In this document: positions 1-9,633 of the stretch, in pieces | Layout of the letters: every line of letters starts with the position of its first letter | Position numbering within the stretch: the stretch's first letter is position 1 | Assembly (NCBI GenBank): GCA_964356305.1 | Contig: CAYHGS010000001.1 | Coordinates: 16,130 to 80,129 of the forward strand | Reading direction: 5' to 3' | DNA from: an uncultured Candidatus Peribacteria bacterium | Lineage (GTDB): Bacteria > Patescibacteriota > Gracilibacteria > UBA1369 > UBA12463 | DNA length: 64,000 bases | Notes under the pieces: generated by a model | Told to the model about the DNA's origin: nothing | Database searches by the model: none | The model's input: only the letters and a program-made list of their open reading frames with translations | Made by a program: the position numbers and the translations under genes

Positions 1-347
1 CTCTACGGATGCCAAATGCTCTTTGAGACGCGTAAAATCGGACTCTGAGTCGTACTGGCCCGAAACGTAGGAAACATTTTTCAATACTTTTGCGAGAATT
101 TTCTCGTCGGTCATGTCTTTGAATTTTGCTCGTACTGATTTAGAGAACTCTTCATGAAAATCTTTTTCACTCATTTCTGTTCGCGCATATCCGACAATGC
201 GAAAGTCAACCGGTAAGCGTTTTTCGAGTTGTAGCTGATAGAGTGATGGGAATATTTTTAATTTTGCGAGCGAGCCGGATGCTCCAAAAATTATCAACGT
301 GAAGTCGTGTTGTGCTTGCTGGAAAGATGTGTCGGTTGGTGTGCTCA
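1..347 (-). CDS. zwf: glucose-6-phosphate dehydrogenase, N-terminal part (gene runs off the window start)
   Basis: Not in the ORF track because it is open at the edge. My translation of the minus strand from ATG 347-345 gives MSTPTDTSFQQAQHDFTLIIFGASGSLAKLKIFPSLYQLQLEKRLPVDFRIVGYARTEMSEKDF... The GASGxLA NADP-binding motif and IVGYAR are G6PD hallmarks. It lies directly downstream of gnd on the same strand. Confidence 0.85.
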
Positions 348-373
348 TATATTTCTTTATTTCTTACAGTATA

Positions 374-1765
374 CTATTCCCATTCCGTATGAAATGAGCC
401 CTTCTTATCCATACGTTGATAAGTATGTGCCCCAAAAATATCCCGTAATCCCTGAATCAAATTCGATGGGAGCTGCGCTGAAGTCATGCTGTAAAAACCG
501 TTTAGTGCTGCGGAATATGCTGCTACTGGCTTCTCGGTGATGACCCCAGTCATAGTAATATTTTTCAGTGATTCCATGCATGAAATTATTTCCTTGAAAT
601 ACTTCTTATCCACAAGGAGCATTCCTGATTTTCTAGAGAGTGCCTTCATGATGTCTTTCAATACTTTTGCTCGAATGATACATCCACCTTGCCATATTCT
701 CGCTATTTCTCGAAAATCGAGATTAAACTTGTAGGCAACATTCGCTCGATCCAGCATCATAAATCCCTCGGCATATGCGAGAAGAAAGGCTCCATAGAGC
801 GCACCCTCAAGCATTTCTAAAAATACCGTAAGTGGAGGCAAGTCCTCTGATTTTTTCTTATCTATCCTCTTTCCAAGCACTAGCCGAAGATTCTTTTCCG
901 AAGAGATGTACCGAGCAAAAAGAGATTCCGTGATAATCGGCAGAGCTATCCCTAACTCCAAAGCTTCCTGCGTTGTCCACTTTCCCGTCCCTTTATTGCC
1001 GGAAACATCCATAATCACATCAACTAAATTCCTCTTCCCCTCTTTTTTTTGGCATACGGTTTGGGAAATTTCAAGAAGATATGATCCAAGTCGACTATCG
1101 TTAAAAGACTCAAACACGGTCGCAATATTATCGTTTGAGATTCCGTAAAGGTCCCTCAGTAGACCATAACTTTCTGCGATAAGTTGCATGAGTGCGTATT
1201 CAATACCATTGTGGACCATTTTTACATAATGGCCTGCGCCAGGCGCACCTATGTTCACTACGCAAGGTTTTTTGGAAAAATCTTTTGCGGCAATTTTTTC
1301 TAATAGTGGTTTGAGGGATTTCCAAACTGCTTTTGATGTTCCCGGCATGATGCATGGGCCCTCTAGCGCGCCCTTTTCCCCGCCGGAAATTCCCATTCCT
1401 ACGAAGTGTATATTTTTTTTGTTCAACTCGTCTGTTCGTCGCAATGTGTCGCGGAAAAATGAGTTTCCACCGTCAATAATTATGTCACCTTTTGAGAGAA
1501 GTGGCCTGAGATTTTTGATCGTTTCATCCACAGGATCGCCAGCCGGAACCATGAGAATTATTTTTCTAGGAACCTCGAGTGATGCGACAAATTTTTTAAG
1601 AATATCATGTCCGACGATATAGGGAGAGTTCGCTTTTTTCACTAATGCATCAACCTTGTCCTTGTGGTGATTGTAGGCGCTCACCTGAATTTTTTTATTC
1701 GCAAAATTCTGCGCGAGACTCGCACCCATGACTCCGAGACCGATAATACCAATAGTGCTTTTCAT
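374..1765 (-). CDS. gnd: 6-phosphogluconate dehydrogenase, decarboxylating (463 aa)
   Basis: N-terminal Rossmann motif IGIIGLGVMGASLAQN, full-length Gnd-like sequence (GISGGEKGA, GAGHYVKMVHNGIEYA). A -10-like TATACT lies 8 nt upstream of the ATG. Confidence 0.9.
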   Translation of the reverse strand: MKSTIGIIGLGVMGASLAQNFANKKIQVSAYNHHKDKVDALVKKANSPYIVGHDILKKFVASLEVPRKIILMVPAGDPVDETIKNLRPLLSKGDIIIDGGNSFFRDTLRRTDELNKKNIHFVGMGISGGEKGALEGPCIMPGTSKAVWKSLKPLLEKIAAKDFSKKPCVVNIGAPGAGHYVKMVHNGIEYALMQLIAESYGLLRDLYGISNDNIATVFESFNDSRLGSYLLEISQTVCQKKEGKRNLVDVIMDVSGNKGTGKWTTQEALELGIALPIITESLFARYISSEKNLRLVLGKRIDKKKSEDLPPLTVFLEMLEGALYGAFLLAYAEGFMMLDRANVAYKFNLDFREIARIWQGGCIIRAKVLKDIMKALSRKSGMLLVDKKYFKEIISCMESLKNITMTGVITEKPVAAYSAALNGFYSMTSAQLPSNLIQGLRDIFGAHTYQRMDKKGSFHTEWE

Positions 1766-1889
1766 ATGCGTTAAGTATACCCCCTGAAGTATCCATTCTC
1801 AAAGCTAAATTACCTCAAGTGCCTACATATCATTGTTATTACTATACTATGGGTATATTAGTATATCTTATATTCTTTACGAAATTATC

Positions 1890-2627
1890 ATGAATGAGCT
1901 CTCGGAACTCCGCGACCAATATGCAACAAATGAGGACTATTTTAAAAGCTACGAGCGAATGGAAGATGATTCGAGGAAAGAGAGTATAGATTTTCCAACG
2001 GAGTTCAATGGGCCGATTCGCAAAGGAACAAAACCTTTTGCCGATCTCCGCAAGCTCCAGGGTCGTGCCGAAAAAGCAAATCGTACCCAGGCCGTAAAAT
2101 GGCTAGCTGGTATAAAAAAATTAGATGCATCCGGCCCACCATACCAAGAGCGGATGAAAATACGGGACGAAATTCATGCGCAAATTATCACCCTTCTTTC
2201 CAATGATCAAAAGTTCGTTACGCGCGATGATCTCATGCAGGCTCTTGGGGGTAAAGATGCGTTAGCCAATCTCGAGTCGAGTTCCAGTTGGAATACGGAA
2301 GTGAACGTTCATATTCAATTCGAAGAAAGTTCTCCGGGACAGCGTGATCCAAATATTATTTGCGACCTAGATAAGCTGATGCCCATCACTGCGGCATGGG
2401 ACGACGAAACATTGCAAAAATTTCTCTCCTCATCGGCTTACAATATCAACCTTTATGGTGGGCGTGGAGGTCATGGCGGAGACTCTTTCTATGAAACGGT
2501 TACGCCATCTATGTTTTTCTATTACCTCAGAAATCATTTCAGAAGTCATATCACTGAGGACCTCTACAGGCGTGCCGAGACGGTACGACGAAAGACGTTT
2601 GGTCGAGTATCCACTGAGGCAGCCTAA
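1890..2627 (+). CDS. hypothetical protein (start taken at MNELSEL, internal to ORF 1833..2627)
   Basis: Long ORF with protein-like composition and no motif I recognise. The first 19 codons of the tracked ORF are AT-rich Y/I/L noise. Confidence 0.5.
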   Translation: MNELSELRDQYATNEDYFKSYERMEDDSRKESIDFPTEFNGPIRKGTKPFADLRKLQGRAEKANRTQAVKWLAGIKKLDASGPPYQERMKIRDEIHAQIITLLSNDQKFVTRDDLMQALGGKDALANLESSSSWNTEVNVHIQFEESSPGQRDPNIICDLDKLMPITAAWDDETLQKFLSSSAYNINLYGGRGGHGGDSFYETVTPSMFFYYLRNHFRSHITEDLYRRAETVRRKTFGRVSTEAA

Positions 2628-3595
2628 AGGCCGGTATATTTATTGAGTTTCAACACCTCGATTACCTGAAAAACGGAATCCATTTGTGCAAGAAATGTAT
2701 GAATATCCCCCGTATCGAGGCAGGATTTTTCAATGGGACCAGCCTCAAATAAATCTCGGCTCGTAGCCAATGTAATAAAAAGATAATCATTATTAAATTC
2801 ACACTGAATTGTCCCCTTGAAAATATCACGTAGGGCAATAAGGCGCTCCATGAAGGCCGTCGTGAGCAGATAGCGCGCCTCGACCTGATCACTTCCGTAC
2901 ACTTCAAAAATATCTTCGAATTTTGGATCTTCCAATTTGACTCTCTCCAGTTTACCAAACATTCCGCCCAAGGCATTTCCAAACATTCCTTTGTCGGTCT
3001 TTACTAATGTCTTGCCTGTAAATGTTTTTTTTAATTTAATGTGGAACATTTCACCGCGAAAAACGGTAAATTCCCTATTTTTGTTGCCCTTTTGCTTCAG
3101 CTCTACTTCACACATCTCCATATCAACCCCGTCGTAATTTCCGCTCAGGTCATCGCCCCCGTTGTAGCTCGTAAAACCCGGAACGATTCCGCTGCCCTCC
3201 AAGATCCCCTCACTAATCTTTTTTGACTCAGAGAATGAAAGTGTGCCGAAAAACTTTACTAATTCGGCGATAATTCCTTCCTTCACATTGGAGCGATACT
3301 TTCGAACCGGCCCCTGAATCCACTGATACAGAAGCGCCCCAAGTCCAATTCCTGCGAATATTCCAAACTGGGGATCCAGATAGATGGCGACAATTCCCGC
3401 CAAAAGAATAATGGGGATAAATATCGGGTAGCCAACCGTTTTGCGGTGGCTGTATTCTTTCTGAAGCTCCAAGCGCCCATCTTCCGCCTTCTGAAGTCGA
3501 TCTTTGAGATTTTTCTCGAAGAATTCGGCAAAGCCTTTCTCGTACGGGGCACCTTCAATAAAAACAGATGACGCTTGTGTTGCAGAATTTTCCAT
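2624..3595 (-). CDS. membrane protein resembling DUF3137, the usual LemA partner
   Basis: 323 aa. Two adjacent TM helices near residues 55-95 are followed by a soluble domain. It sits immediately downstream of lemA, the arrangement I recall for the DUF3137 family. Confidence 0.55.
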   Translation of the reverse strand: MENSATQASSVFIEGAPYEKGFAEFFEKNLKDRLQKAEDGRLELQKEYSHRKTVGYPIFIPIILLAGIVAIYLDPQFGIFAGIGLGALLYQWIQGPVRKYRSNVKEGIIAELVKFFGTLSFSESKKISEGILEGSGIVPGFTSYNGGDDLSGNYDGVDMEMCEVELKQKGNKNREFTVFRGEMFHIKLKKTFTGKTLVKTDKGMFGNALGGMFGKLERVKLEDPKFEDIFEVYGSDQVEARYLLTTAFMERLIALRDIFKGTIQCEFNNDYLFITLATSRDLFEAGPIEKSCLDTGDIHTFLAQMDSVFQVIEVLKLNKYTGL

Positions 3596-3610
3596 TGTAG
3601 ATATGTTCTA

Positions 3611-4177
3611 TTATTTGAGAATATCGGCAGCGTTTACTTCTTTTCTGTCTGCCTCTGTTGCCTCGAAATATGGCATTTCTTTGATGGAGAGCATGCCGGC
3701 GACAATACTTCCTGGGAAGACTTTTACCGCATTATTAAGCTCCGTTACGGCAGAGTTGTAGAATCTTCGTGCAGCAGAAATGTGTTCCTCAACTTCATTG
3801 TATGTCTGCTGAGCCTGAACCATAACGGTGTCAGACTTGAGTGTTGGATAGTTCTCTACTGCTACAAAGAGTGACTTCATCTTGTTATCGAGCTGAGCCT
3901 CGGCGGCAAACTTCTGCTTGAGGGCGTCTGCATCAGCAGGATTGATCGGACTTTCTGCTTTTGTTCTGAGGGCGGTAATTTCTGTAAGCAGTGACTTCTC
4001 GTGATCCATAAATTTCTGCGCGATCGTAAGTACATTTGGAATAAGATCATGTCGTTTCTTGAGCTGAACATCAATACCGGAAAAAGACTCCTTGGCGGCG
4101 TTTTGCTTGTGAATAAGCCCAACGTAAAGAACATAAAAAACTGCGGCGACGATAACGAGAAGTATGAGAAGTTCCAT
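3611..4177 (-). CDS. lemA: LemA family protein
   Basis: N-terminal TM helix, then the typical LemA sequence (IDVQLKKRHDLIPN..., ENYPTLKSD..., RRFYN). Confidence 0.9.
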   Translation of the reverse strand: MELLILLVIVAAVFYVLYVGLIHKQNAAKESFSGIDVQLKKRHDLIPNVLTIAQKFMDHEKSLLTEITALRTKAESPINPADADALKQKFAAEAQLDNKMKSLFVAVENYPTLKSDTVMVQAQQTYNEVEEHISAARRFYNSAVTELNNAVKVFPGSIVAGMLSIKEMPYFEATEADRKEVNAADILK

Positions 4178-4329
4178 GGGGAAGATTTAAGAATAATACT
4201 GTGGGGATTATCCCCCGTTACTGCGTGCTATTCAAGAGTATCGCGTAAAAAGATCCTCTGGCCGTAATGACTCCCCGTGAGGGTGTATCCAAATGTATAG
4301 CAAAAAGATAGCAAAACGGATACAGGTCT

Positions 4330-5472
4330 TTATACGATAGCACTACCCGCGAATGAAGCTTTCGCATCTGTGATAACGCCTGATCCGAGACAAATATCAT
4401 CATGGTAAAAAACGGCAAACTGACCGGGGGCGATACCTTGATCGGAGATGTCGATATGGACTTGGGCATGAGTGTCGTCTGTTGATTCGAGCGTGGCACG
4501 ATAGGTTCTCTCGCCATGGCGCATTTTCACACCGAGGCCATCTTCGAAGGTTTTTGCGGTCGGAGTGCGACTATCAAACCAGTTGAAGTCGGTAATTACG
4601 AACGTATCACGAGCTTTCCCCCCAAGGGATGCTTCGGCTTCGCCAATGGGCTCATAATATGCTTTGGAGATGTATATCGTATTCGTATCCGTATCTTTCT
4701 TCACCACGAACCAAGGGCCACCGGAAAGCATTATTCCGCTGCGCTGTCCTATAGTAAAATACCAAAAACCATTATGCTCGCCGAGTTTTTTGTTCGTTTC
4801 GAACTCGATGAGGTTGCCTTTTTTCTCACCAAGATAGTGATTCAGGAATTCGTTATATTTAAATTTTCCGAGGAAGCAGATCCCCTGACTGTCTTTGCGG
4901 TCTTTGTTTGGAAGATCATATTTTTGTGCTAATTCACGAACCTCGGATTTATGAAGATGTCCAATGGGGAATATAATTCTAGAGAGCTGTTTTTGCGAGA
5001 GACGTGCAAGAAAGTAGGTCTGATCCTTGATAGGATCGGGCGAGCGTCGGAGGTAGTATGTACTATTTTTTTGTACAACTTGTGCGTAGTGGCCGGAGGC
5101 AACTTTATCAAAATGGTCGGGGCCAAATTGATTCTGAATTTTATCCAGGAAAAGTCCAAACTTCACCTGATTGTTGCACATGATGTCCGGGTTTGGGGTA
5201 CGGCCATGTTTTACCTCGTCGATGGTATACGAGACGACTTTTTCAAAATACTCCTTTTGCATAGAAAGAATCTCGAGCGGCGTGCCGGCCTGTTCGCAAA
5301 CGGCGCGAGCGTAACGAAGGTCCTCTTCCCACGGGCACTCACCCAAGAAAGCGAGCTCGTCCTCAAGCCAAATTTTGAGGTAAAAAGCCGTGACGGTGTG
5401 GCCCTGCTCCTGCAGCAGGCGCAACGCAACGGAGCTATCCACTCCACCGGAAAGAAGAAGGGCGATGTTCAT
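4330..5472 (-). CDS. mnmA: tRNA 2-thiouridine(34) synthase MnmA
   Basis: PP-loop motif LLSGGVDSSV at the N terminus and full-length MnmA-like sequence. A -10-like TAGAGT lies 6 nt upstream of the ATG. Confidence 0.92.
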   Translation of the reverse strand: MNIALLLSGGVDSSVALRLLQEQGHTVTAFYLKIWLEDELAFLGECPWEEDLRYARAVCEQAGTPLEILSMQKEYFEKVVSYTIDEVKHGRTPNPDIMCNNQVKFGLFLDKIQNQFGPDHFDKVASGHYAQVVQKNSTYYLRRSPDPIKDQTYFLARLSQKQLSRIIFPIGHLHKSEVRELAQKYDLPNKDRKDSQGICFLGKFKYNEFLNHYLGEKKGNLIEFETNKKLGEHNGFWYFTIGQRSGIMLSGGPWFVVKKDTDTNTIYISKAYYEPIGEAEASLGGKARDTFVITDFNWFDSRTPTAKTFEDGLGVKMRHGERTYRATLESTDDTHAQVHIDISDQGIAPGQFAVFYHDDICLGSGVITDAKASFAGSAIV

Positions 5473-5637
5473 ATTCGTACTCTACTGGTAGAGTCAGGAA
5501 TTATTCAAGAAGAATTCAGGGAAATGTTAGATTGGCATGCTATTATTCACCGCATGACTAAAGACTTTTTCACTTGACACAAACAAAAATCCCTCATACA
5601 AGGCAAACCTGACTGCGTATTCTTTCACGAACGAGAG

Positions 5638-5967
5638 GTGTGGTGGTGTAATCTTGGCTTGAATATAGGTTTTGAGCAGGACGGAAAAGGGGAAAAGTTT
5701 GCCCGTCCCGTACTTGTATTGAGGAAGTTTAGTCACCAAGTGTTTTGGGGTATTCCGCTTACCAAAAGCAAAAAGTCTGGCAAATATTATGTACCACTTC
5801 TTATCGGCTCCATCGATATTGGATTTGCCATTATTTCACAGTTACGACTTATAGATGCCAAGCGACTTTACCAAAAACTCGGAGACATTACTCATGAGAA
5901 TCATGAAAAAATTGCCAAAATGGTATCTACTCTTTGCCTTGAGCCATTTAAAAATAGTAAGGGGTGA
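5638..5967 (+). CDS. PemK/MazF-family toxin-like protein, possibly the truncated remainder of an interrupted gene (see finding)
   Basis: EVWWCNLGLNIGFEQDGKGEKFARPVLVLRKF...GIPLT...ISQLRLIDAKRL matches the PemK-like pattern (EIWW..G.NIG.E..GK...RPVLV). The tracked ORF starts at a GTG. In the same frame, an ATG at 5524 is separated from it only by a TGA at 5575-5577. Confidence 0.6.
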   Translation: MWWCNLGLNIGFEQDGKGEKFARPVLVLRKFSHQVFWGIPLTKSKKSGKYYVPLLIGSIDIGFAIISQLRLIDAKRLYQKLGDITHENHEKIAKMVSTLCLEPFKNSKG

Positions 5968-6036
5968 TATTTCTATCACCCCGGGGCCGAAGCCATTTGT
6001 ACTTTGATTATACTGGATAATGTATATTATATCAAT

Positions 6037-6432
6037 ATGCAAATCCCCCTCTCCCACTTCGAAAAAATGGTTCACGATACGATCTCGGCGGTACCCGAGG
6101 AGTTCCGTGCCTCAATTGCCAATGTGTCATTTGTCATCGAAGAGATGGCGAGGCCGGGCGGCACTGGCGAGGTAGAAATTAAACGAGGCGAGGTACTTCT
6201 GGGCCTCTATCAGGGAGTTCCCAAAACAGCATGGGGAGTAGGCGATACTTCGACCCCGCCGGATAAAATCTCGATTTTCAAGCAATCAATTGAGGATCTA
6301 GCGCATGACATAACAGGATTAAAAGATTTAGTGCGCGACGTTGTATGGCATGAGATTGGGCATTGTCTAGGATATGGAGAGGAGGAACTTCGGTTGATGG
6401 AAGAAGAACATCATAGGAAGAATCACACATGA
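6037..6432 (+). CDS. zincin-like metallopeptidase family protein (DUF1025-type)
   Basis: About 130 aa, with a C-terminal HEIGHCLG zinc-binding motif and LLGLYQGVP in the middle. The stop overlaps the hemW start (ATGA). Confidence 0.7.
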   Translation: MQIPLSHFEKMVHDTISAVPEEFRASIANVSFVIEEMARPGGTGEVEIKRGEVLLGLYQGVPKTAWGVGDTSTPPDKISIFKQSIEDLAHDITGLKDLVRDVVWHEIGHCLGYGEEELRLMEEEHHRKNHT

Positions 6433-7535
6433 AAGATCTGTCTCTCTATATTCATATCCCCTTCTGCAAGACGATTTGCCTGTATTGCAATTTTCTGACG
6501 TTTGCAAATAAGCAGAAGAAAATTCCGGAATATGTGGATGCATTGATGCAGGAGATTTCTCTGCGCGCGCAGAAATACGATGGCGCATCCGATTATGCTA
6601 TTCAAACTATCTATTTCGGCGGAGGAACTCCCAGTCTGATTGATCCACTGTTGATCAAAAAAATAGTACAAGAAATCAGAAAAGCGTTTCTGGTGAAACG
6701 TGGCTGTGAGATAACGATCGAGTGCAATCCCGAGAGTGTGGATAGCGAGCGTGTGCGCACATGGAGAGGTGCTGGCGTGACGCGATTTTCTCTTGGCGTA
6801 CAAAGTCTCAATAAGAAAACATTATGGAGAATCGCACGGCCACATGATGAAAAGATGATTTTCCGTGCGCTGGAAGTTTTTAAAAAAGCGCGCGTGAAAC
6901 ATTTTGGCGTGGATTTCATTATGGGTTTGCCCGGGCAGACTTTAGATTCATTTAAAGAAGAAGTTGAAACTATTTTGACGTACAAACCAACTCACGCGTC
7001 ATTTTATTTCTTATCATACGATACAAAGAAAATTGATTTGTTCGCGAAGGAATGTCCTGGAGAGGAAGAGCAGATCGCGATGTATGAGTGGCTCTGCGAG
7101 CGGCTAAATCAGGCTGGATTTTCTCATTATGAAGTTTCCAATTGGGCACTGAAGGACGAAGAATGCGAGCATAATCGTCGGTACTGGGAGCAAAAAGATT
7201 ATCTGGGATTGGGACTTGGTGCGCATTCTATTGTTCATGGGAACATGTGGGAAAATGGGAGTGATTTTGATGCATATCTGAAAGATCCCCTGCTCATTAC
7301 CAATGTGATGAATATCGATCAAGATTTGAAACGAATGGAATATATTATGCTACGATTGCGCACGGATAAAGGGATCAATTTGAGGGAGTATGGAAAGATG
7401 GGAGATATAAAAGAACTTTCTGCACGCGCAGAAGAATTCATTGTATCGGGACATTTGCGAAAAATCGGTAGCTCATTGAAGGCCACCGAGAAGGGATTTT
7501 TGCTATTGGAGATGATAACAAAGAAACTTATTTAG
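6429..7535 (+). CDS. hemW: radical SAM heme chaperone HemW / oxygen-independent coproporphyrinogen-III oxidase-like protein
   Basis: YIHIPFCKTICLYCNF radical-SAM CxxxCxxC motif at the N terminus. Length and GGGTPS motif are typical of HemW/HemN-like proteins. Confidence 0.85.
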   Translation: MKDLSLYIHIPFCKTICLYCNFLTFANKQKKIPEYVDALMQEISLRAQKYDGASDYAIQTIYFGGGTPSLIDPLLIKKIVQEIRKAFLVKRGCEITIECNPESVDSERVRTWRGAGVTRFSLGVQSLNKKTLWRIARPHDEKMIFRALEVFKKARVKHFGVDFIMGLPGQTLDSFKEEVETILTYKPTHASFYFLSYDTKKIDLFAKECPGEEEQIAMYEWLCERLNQAGFSHYEVSNWALKDEECEHNRRYWEQKDYLGLGLGAHSIVHGNMWENGSDFDAYLKDPLLITNVMNIDQDLKRMEYIMLRLRTDKGINLREYGKMGDIKELSARAEEFIVSGHLRKIGSSLKATEKGFLLLEMITKKLI

Positions 7536-7863
7536 TTTTCCCATGGCCATATTTCTCGCTCCATGCGGCCATTTTTTTGAGTATTGGCAATAAATCTTTT
7601 CCCATCTTCGTTAGGGCATATTCGGTGTGAGGTGGAATTTCTTGATAGATAACTTTTGAAATAATTCTCATTTCTTCTAAATCAATGAGGCGTTTGGAAA
7701 GCGTTCGAGGATTCACGCCTCCGGCTTCTTGCTGAAGCGCGCAAAATCGAACCGGCCCACCGGCAAGCGCGAAAAGTACACGTGGCGTCCACTTGTCTCC
7801 CAAAACGGTTGTAGCAAAAGCCACACATCCCTTATTTTTTACTTTCGTTGTTTTCTTTCTCAT
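7528..7863 (-). CDS. HxlR-family winged-helix transcriptional regulator
   Basis: LGDKWTPRVLFAL...RFCALQQE...NPRTLSKRLIDLEE...PPHTEYALTKMG is the HxlR signature. It is divergent from a nitroreductase gene. Confidence 0.85.
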   Translation of the reverse strand: MRKKTTKVKNKGCVAFATTVLGDKWTPRVLFALAGGPVRFCALQQEAGGVNPRTLSKRLIDLEEMRIISKVIYQEIPPHTEYALTKMGKDLLPILKKMAAWSEKYGHGKTK

Positions 7864-7955
7864 TATGCTTGACGTTTATATCTTCATGCTATACTTTGTA
7901 TAGTGATTATACCAAGTATAATTCATTACTTCAATATTATTAATCCAATCCCAAT

Positions 7956-8585
7956 ATGTCTACACTCGACAATCTCAACTGGAGATATGCTACGAAGCAC
8001 TATGATACTGCAAAAAAACTTTCTCCTGAACAGGTAGAGATTATCAAAGAAGCGCTACGTCTTGCGCCTTCTTCCTTTGGACTTCAGGCATGGAAGTTCG
8101 TTCACGTCACGAATCCTGAACTTAGACAAAAATTACAGGAAGCCGCATGGAACCAACCACAGCTCACCGAGGCGTCTGATCTTTTTGTTCTAGCTACGAA
8201 TACATCTATCGATGAGACTTTCATTGATCGATACATCAAATCCATTGCCGATACGCGAGGAATTCCAGTAGATGTCTTGAAAGGATTTGGGGACATGATG
8301 GTAGGATCCGTCTCCGGTAGAACCCCTGAGCAGCTCGAAACATGGCTCTCGCGACAAGTTTATATTGCGCTTGGTGTTGCCGTCGCGGTCGCCGCCGAGA
8401 ATCATATCGACTCCTCACCTATGGAAGGCTTTGATACCGTCAAATTCGACGGGCTTCTCGGGCTCGACGCTCTTGGGCTCAAGTCACGCGCTATCCTCGC
8501 TGTCGGTTTCCGTTCCCCCGAAGATACTGATCAAAACAGCAAGAAGGTTCGATTCTCAAAAGAGGAAGTGTTTATCGAGCTTTAG
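7956..8585 (+). CDS. NAD(P)H nitroreductase family protein
   Basis: N terminus RYATKHYD...LAPSSFGLQAW.F and C-terminal SPMEGF are typical nitroreductase-fold motifs. Confidence 0.85.
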   Translation: MSTLDNLNWRYATKHYDTAKKLSPEQVEIIKEALRLAPSSFGLQAWKFVHVTNPELRQKLQEAAWNQPQLTEASDLFVLATNTSIDETFIDRYIKSIADTRGIPVDVLKGFGDMMVGSVSGRTPEQLETWLSRQVYIALGVAVAVAAENHIDSSPMEGFDTVKFDGLLGLDALGLKSRAILAVGFRSPEDTDQNSKKVRFSKEEVFIEL

Positions 8586-8610
8586 GCTTGGCGTTAATAT
8601 TCAATCCTGG

Positions 8611-9483
8611 CTACATGCCAATCTTCCATACTGCCCTTTCTCGAAAGGCCGGTATGGTTTGACGTCGGGCAGCGTTGAGAATTGCCGGAAATGATTGTTT
8701 CTTTTTCTTGGCATATTCCGCAAGCGTTACGATCTTCTTCCCCTTGAGATAGGCCATACGCTTATGAAATGATTCCGTAAGAGCCCGAGTTATTACCTTC
8801 TCCATCTCTTTTGTGCTTTTTGTCCTGCCATAGTCCTGAAACGCCTGGTAATAGTATTTTTTTTCCTTGTTTCTTATGGTAATCAGCGGAAAGCCAGCCT
8901 GGCACAGTTGCCAATTCATGAGCATTCTTCCCATTCGACCATTCCCATCATTAAACGGGTGTGTCGTTTCAAAATCAAGATGAAATTTGGCTATGCGATC
9001 AATCAAACATAAAATTATACTGCCGTTATACGCGCTCAATGCCTCCGTGATCTGTGACTCTATGTGCTCCGGCGCCGGAGCTATATGCGTTCCTACGCGC
9101 ACATACTCACCTTTTATCCTAAATCTTCCCGCTATATCATCATCAATTCCCCCGATAAGCATTTGATGCAAAAACTTCATGAGATCAATAGTCACAAGCG
9201 AAGACGTACATTTTTTCTCCATATACTCCATTATGCGTGCCAGATTTTTCGCCTCATATACCTCACGCAAAGGAAGATTTTTTGAAACTTCCATTTCCAG
9301 CAGAATTTTTTCTGTGTCCTGCAGTGTTAATGTTGAGTTCTCGATCGCATTTGAATTATAAATACTCTCCGGCATCTCCGCCTCATCGATCATACGAATA
9401 AGTGACTCTTTTCCTTTTTTAAGCTTATCATAATCCTTCTTGAGTTCCTGAATTTTGCGCTGAGTCAGTAATGATGTAGCCAT
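8611..9483 (-). CDS. Fic family protein (AMPylase-type) with an N-terminal inhibitory-helix motif
   Basis: Fic motif HPFNDGNGRMGR. The upstream SNAIEN fits the (S/T)xxxE(G/N) autoinhibition motif. I take ATG 9483 (MATSLL) as the start rather than the tracked TTG at 9516. TATAAT lies 10 nt upstream. Confidence 0.88.
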   Translation of the reverse strand: MATSLLTQRKIQELKKDYDKLKKGKESLIRMIDEAEMPESIYNSNAIENSTLTLQDTEKILLEMEVSKNLPLREVYEAKNLARIMEYMEKKCTSSLVTIDLMKFLHQMLIGGIDDDIAGRFRIKGEYVRVGTHIAPAPEHIESQITEALSAYNGSIILCLIDRIAKFHLDFETTHPFNDGNGRMGRMLMNWQLCQAGFPLITIRNKEKKYYYQAFQDYGRTKSTKEMEKVITRALTESFHKRMAYLKGKKIVTLAEYAKKKKQSFPAILNAARRQTIPAFRERAVWKIGM

Positions 9484-9633
9484 ATTTTTCGTTATTATAT
9501 GCCTATATTGTATCAAATTAACGATATATTGTCAATAATACGTTAATATAGTACTGATTTAGTATATATTCACTGTTTTTGTAGATTTTAGCTTGGTTCA
9601 TATTATACATGCCGCTTATTTCATATTGAATTT

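Noticed and set aside
1780-1793. Shared 14-mer CCCCCTGAAGTATC upstream of gnd (1780-1793) and of the HNH gene (53524-53537), both 15-30 nt upstream of minus-strand starts
   Set aside because: By my estimate a 64-kb window is expected to contain several chance 14-mer repeats. Only two copies exist and their positions relative to the -10 box differ. It is noted but not convincing as a regulatory motif.
5575-5577. Possibility that TGA is recoded (code 25 or 4, as in SR1/Gracilibacteria), which would make the PemK-like gene intact
   Set aside because: TGA terminates several well-defined genes here, including the metallopeptidase at 6430-32, the lipoprotein gene at 26302-04 and the redoxin gene at 61295-97. 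ORFs of up to 1124 codons are intact under the standard code, so genome-wide recoding is not supported.
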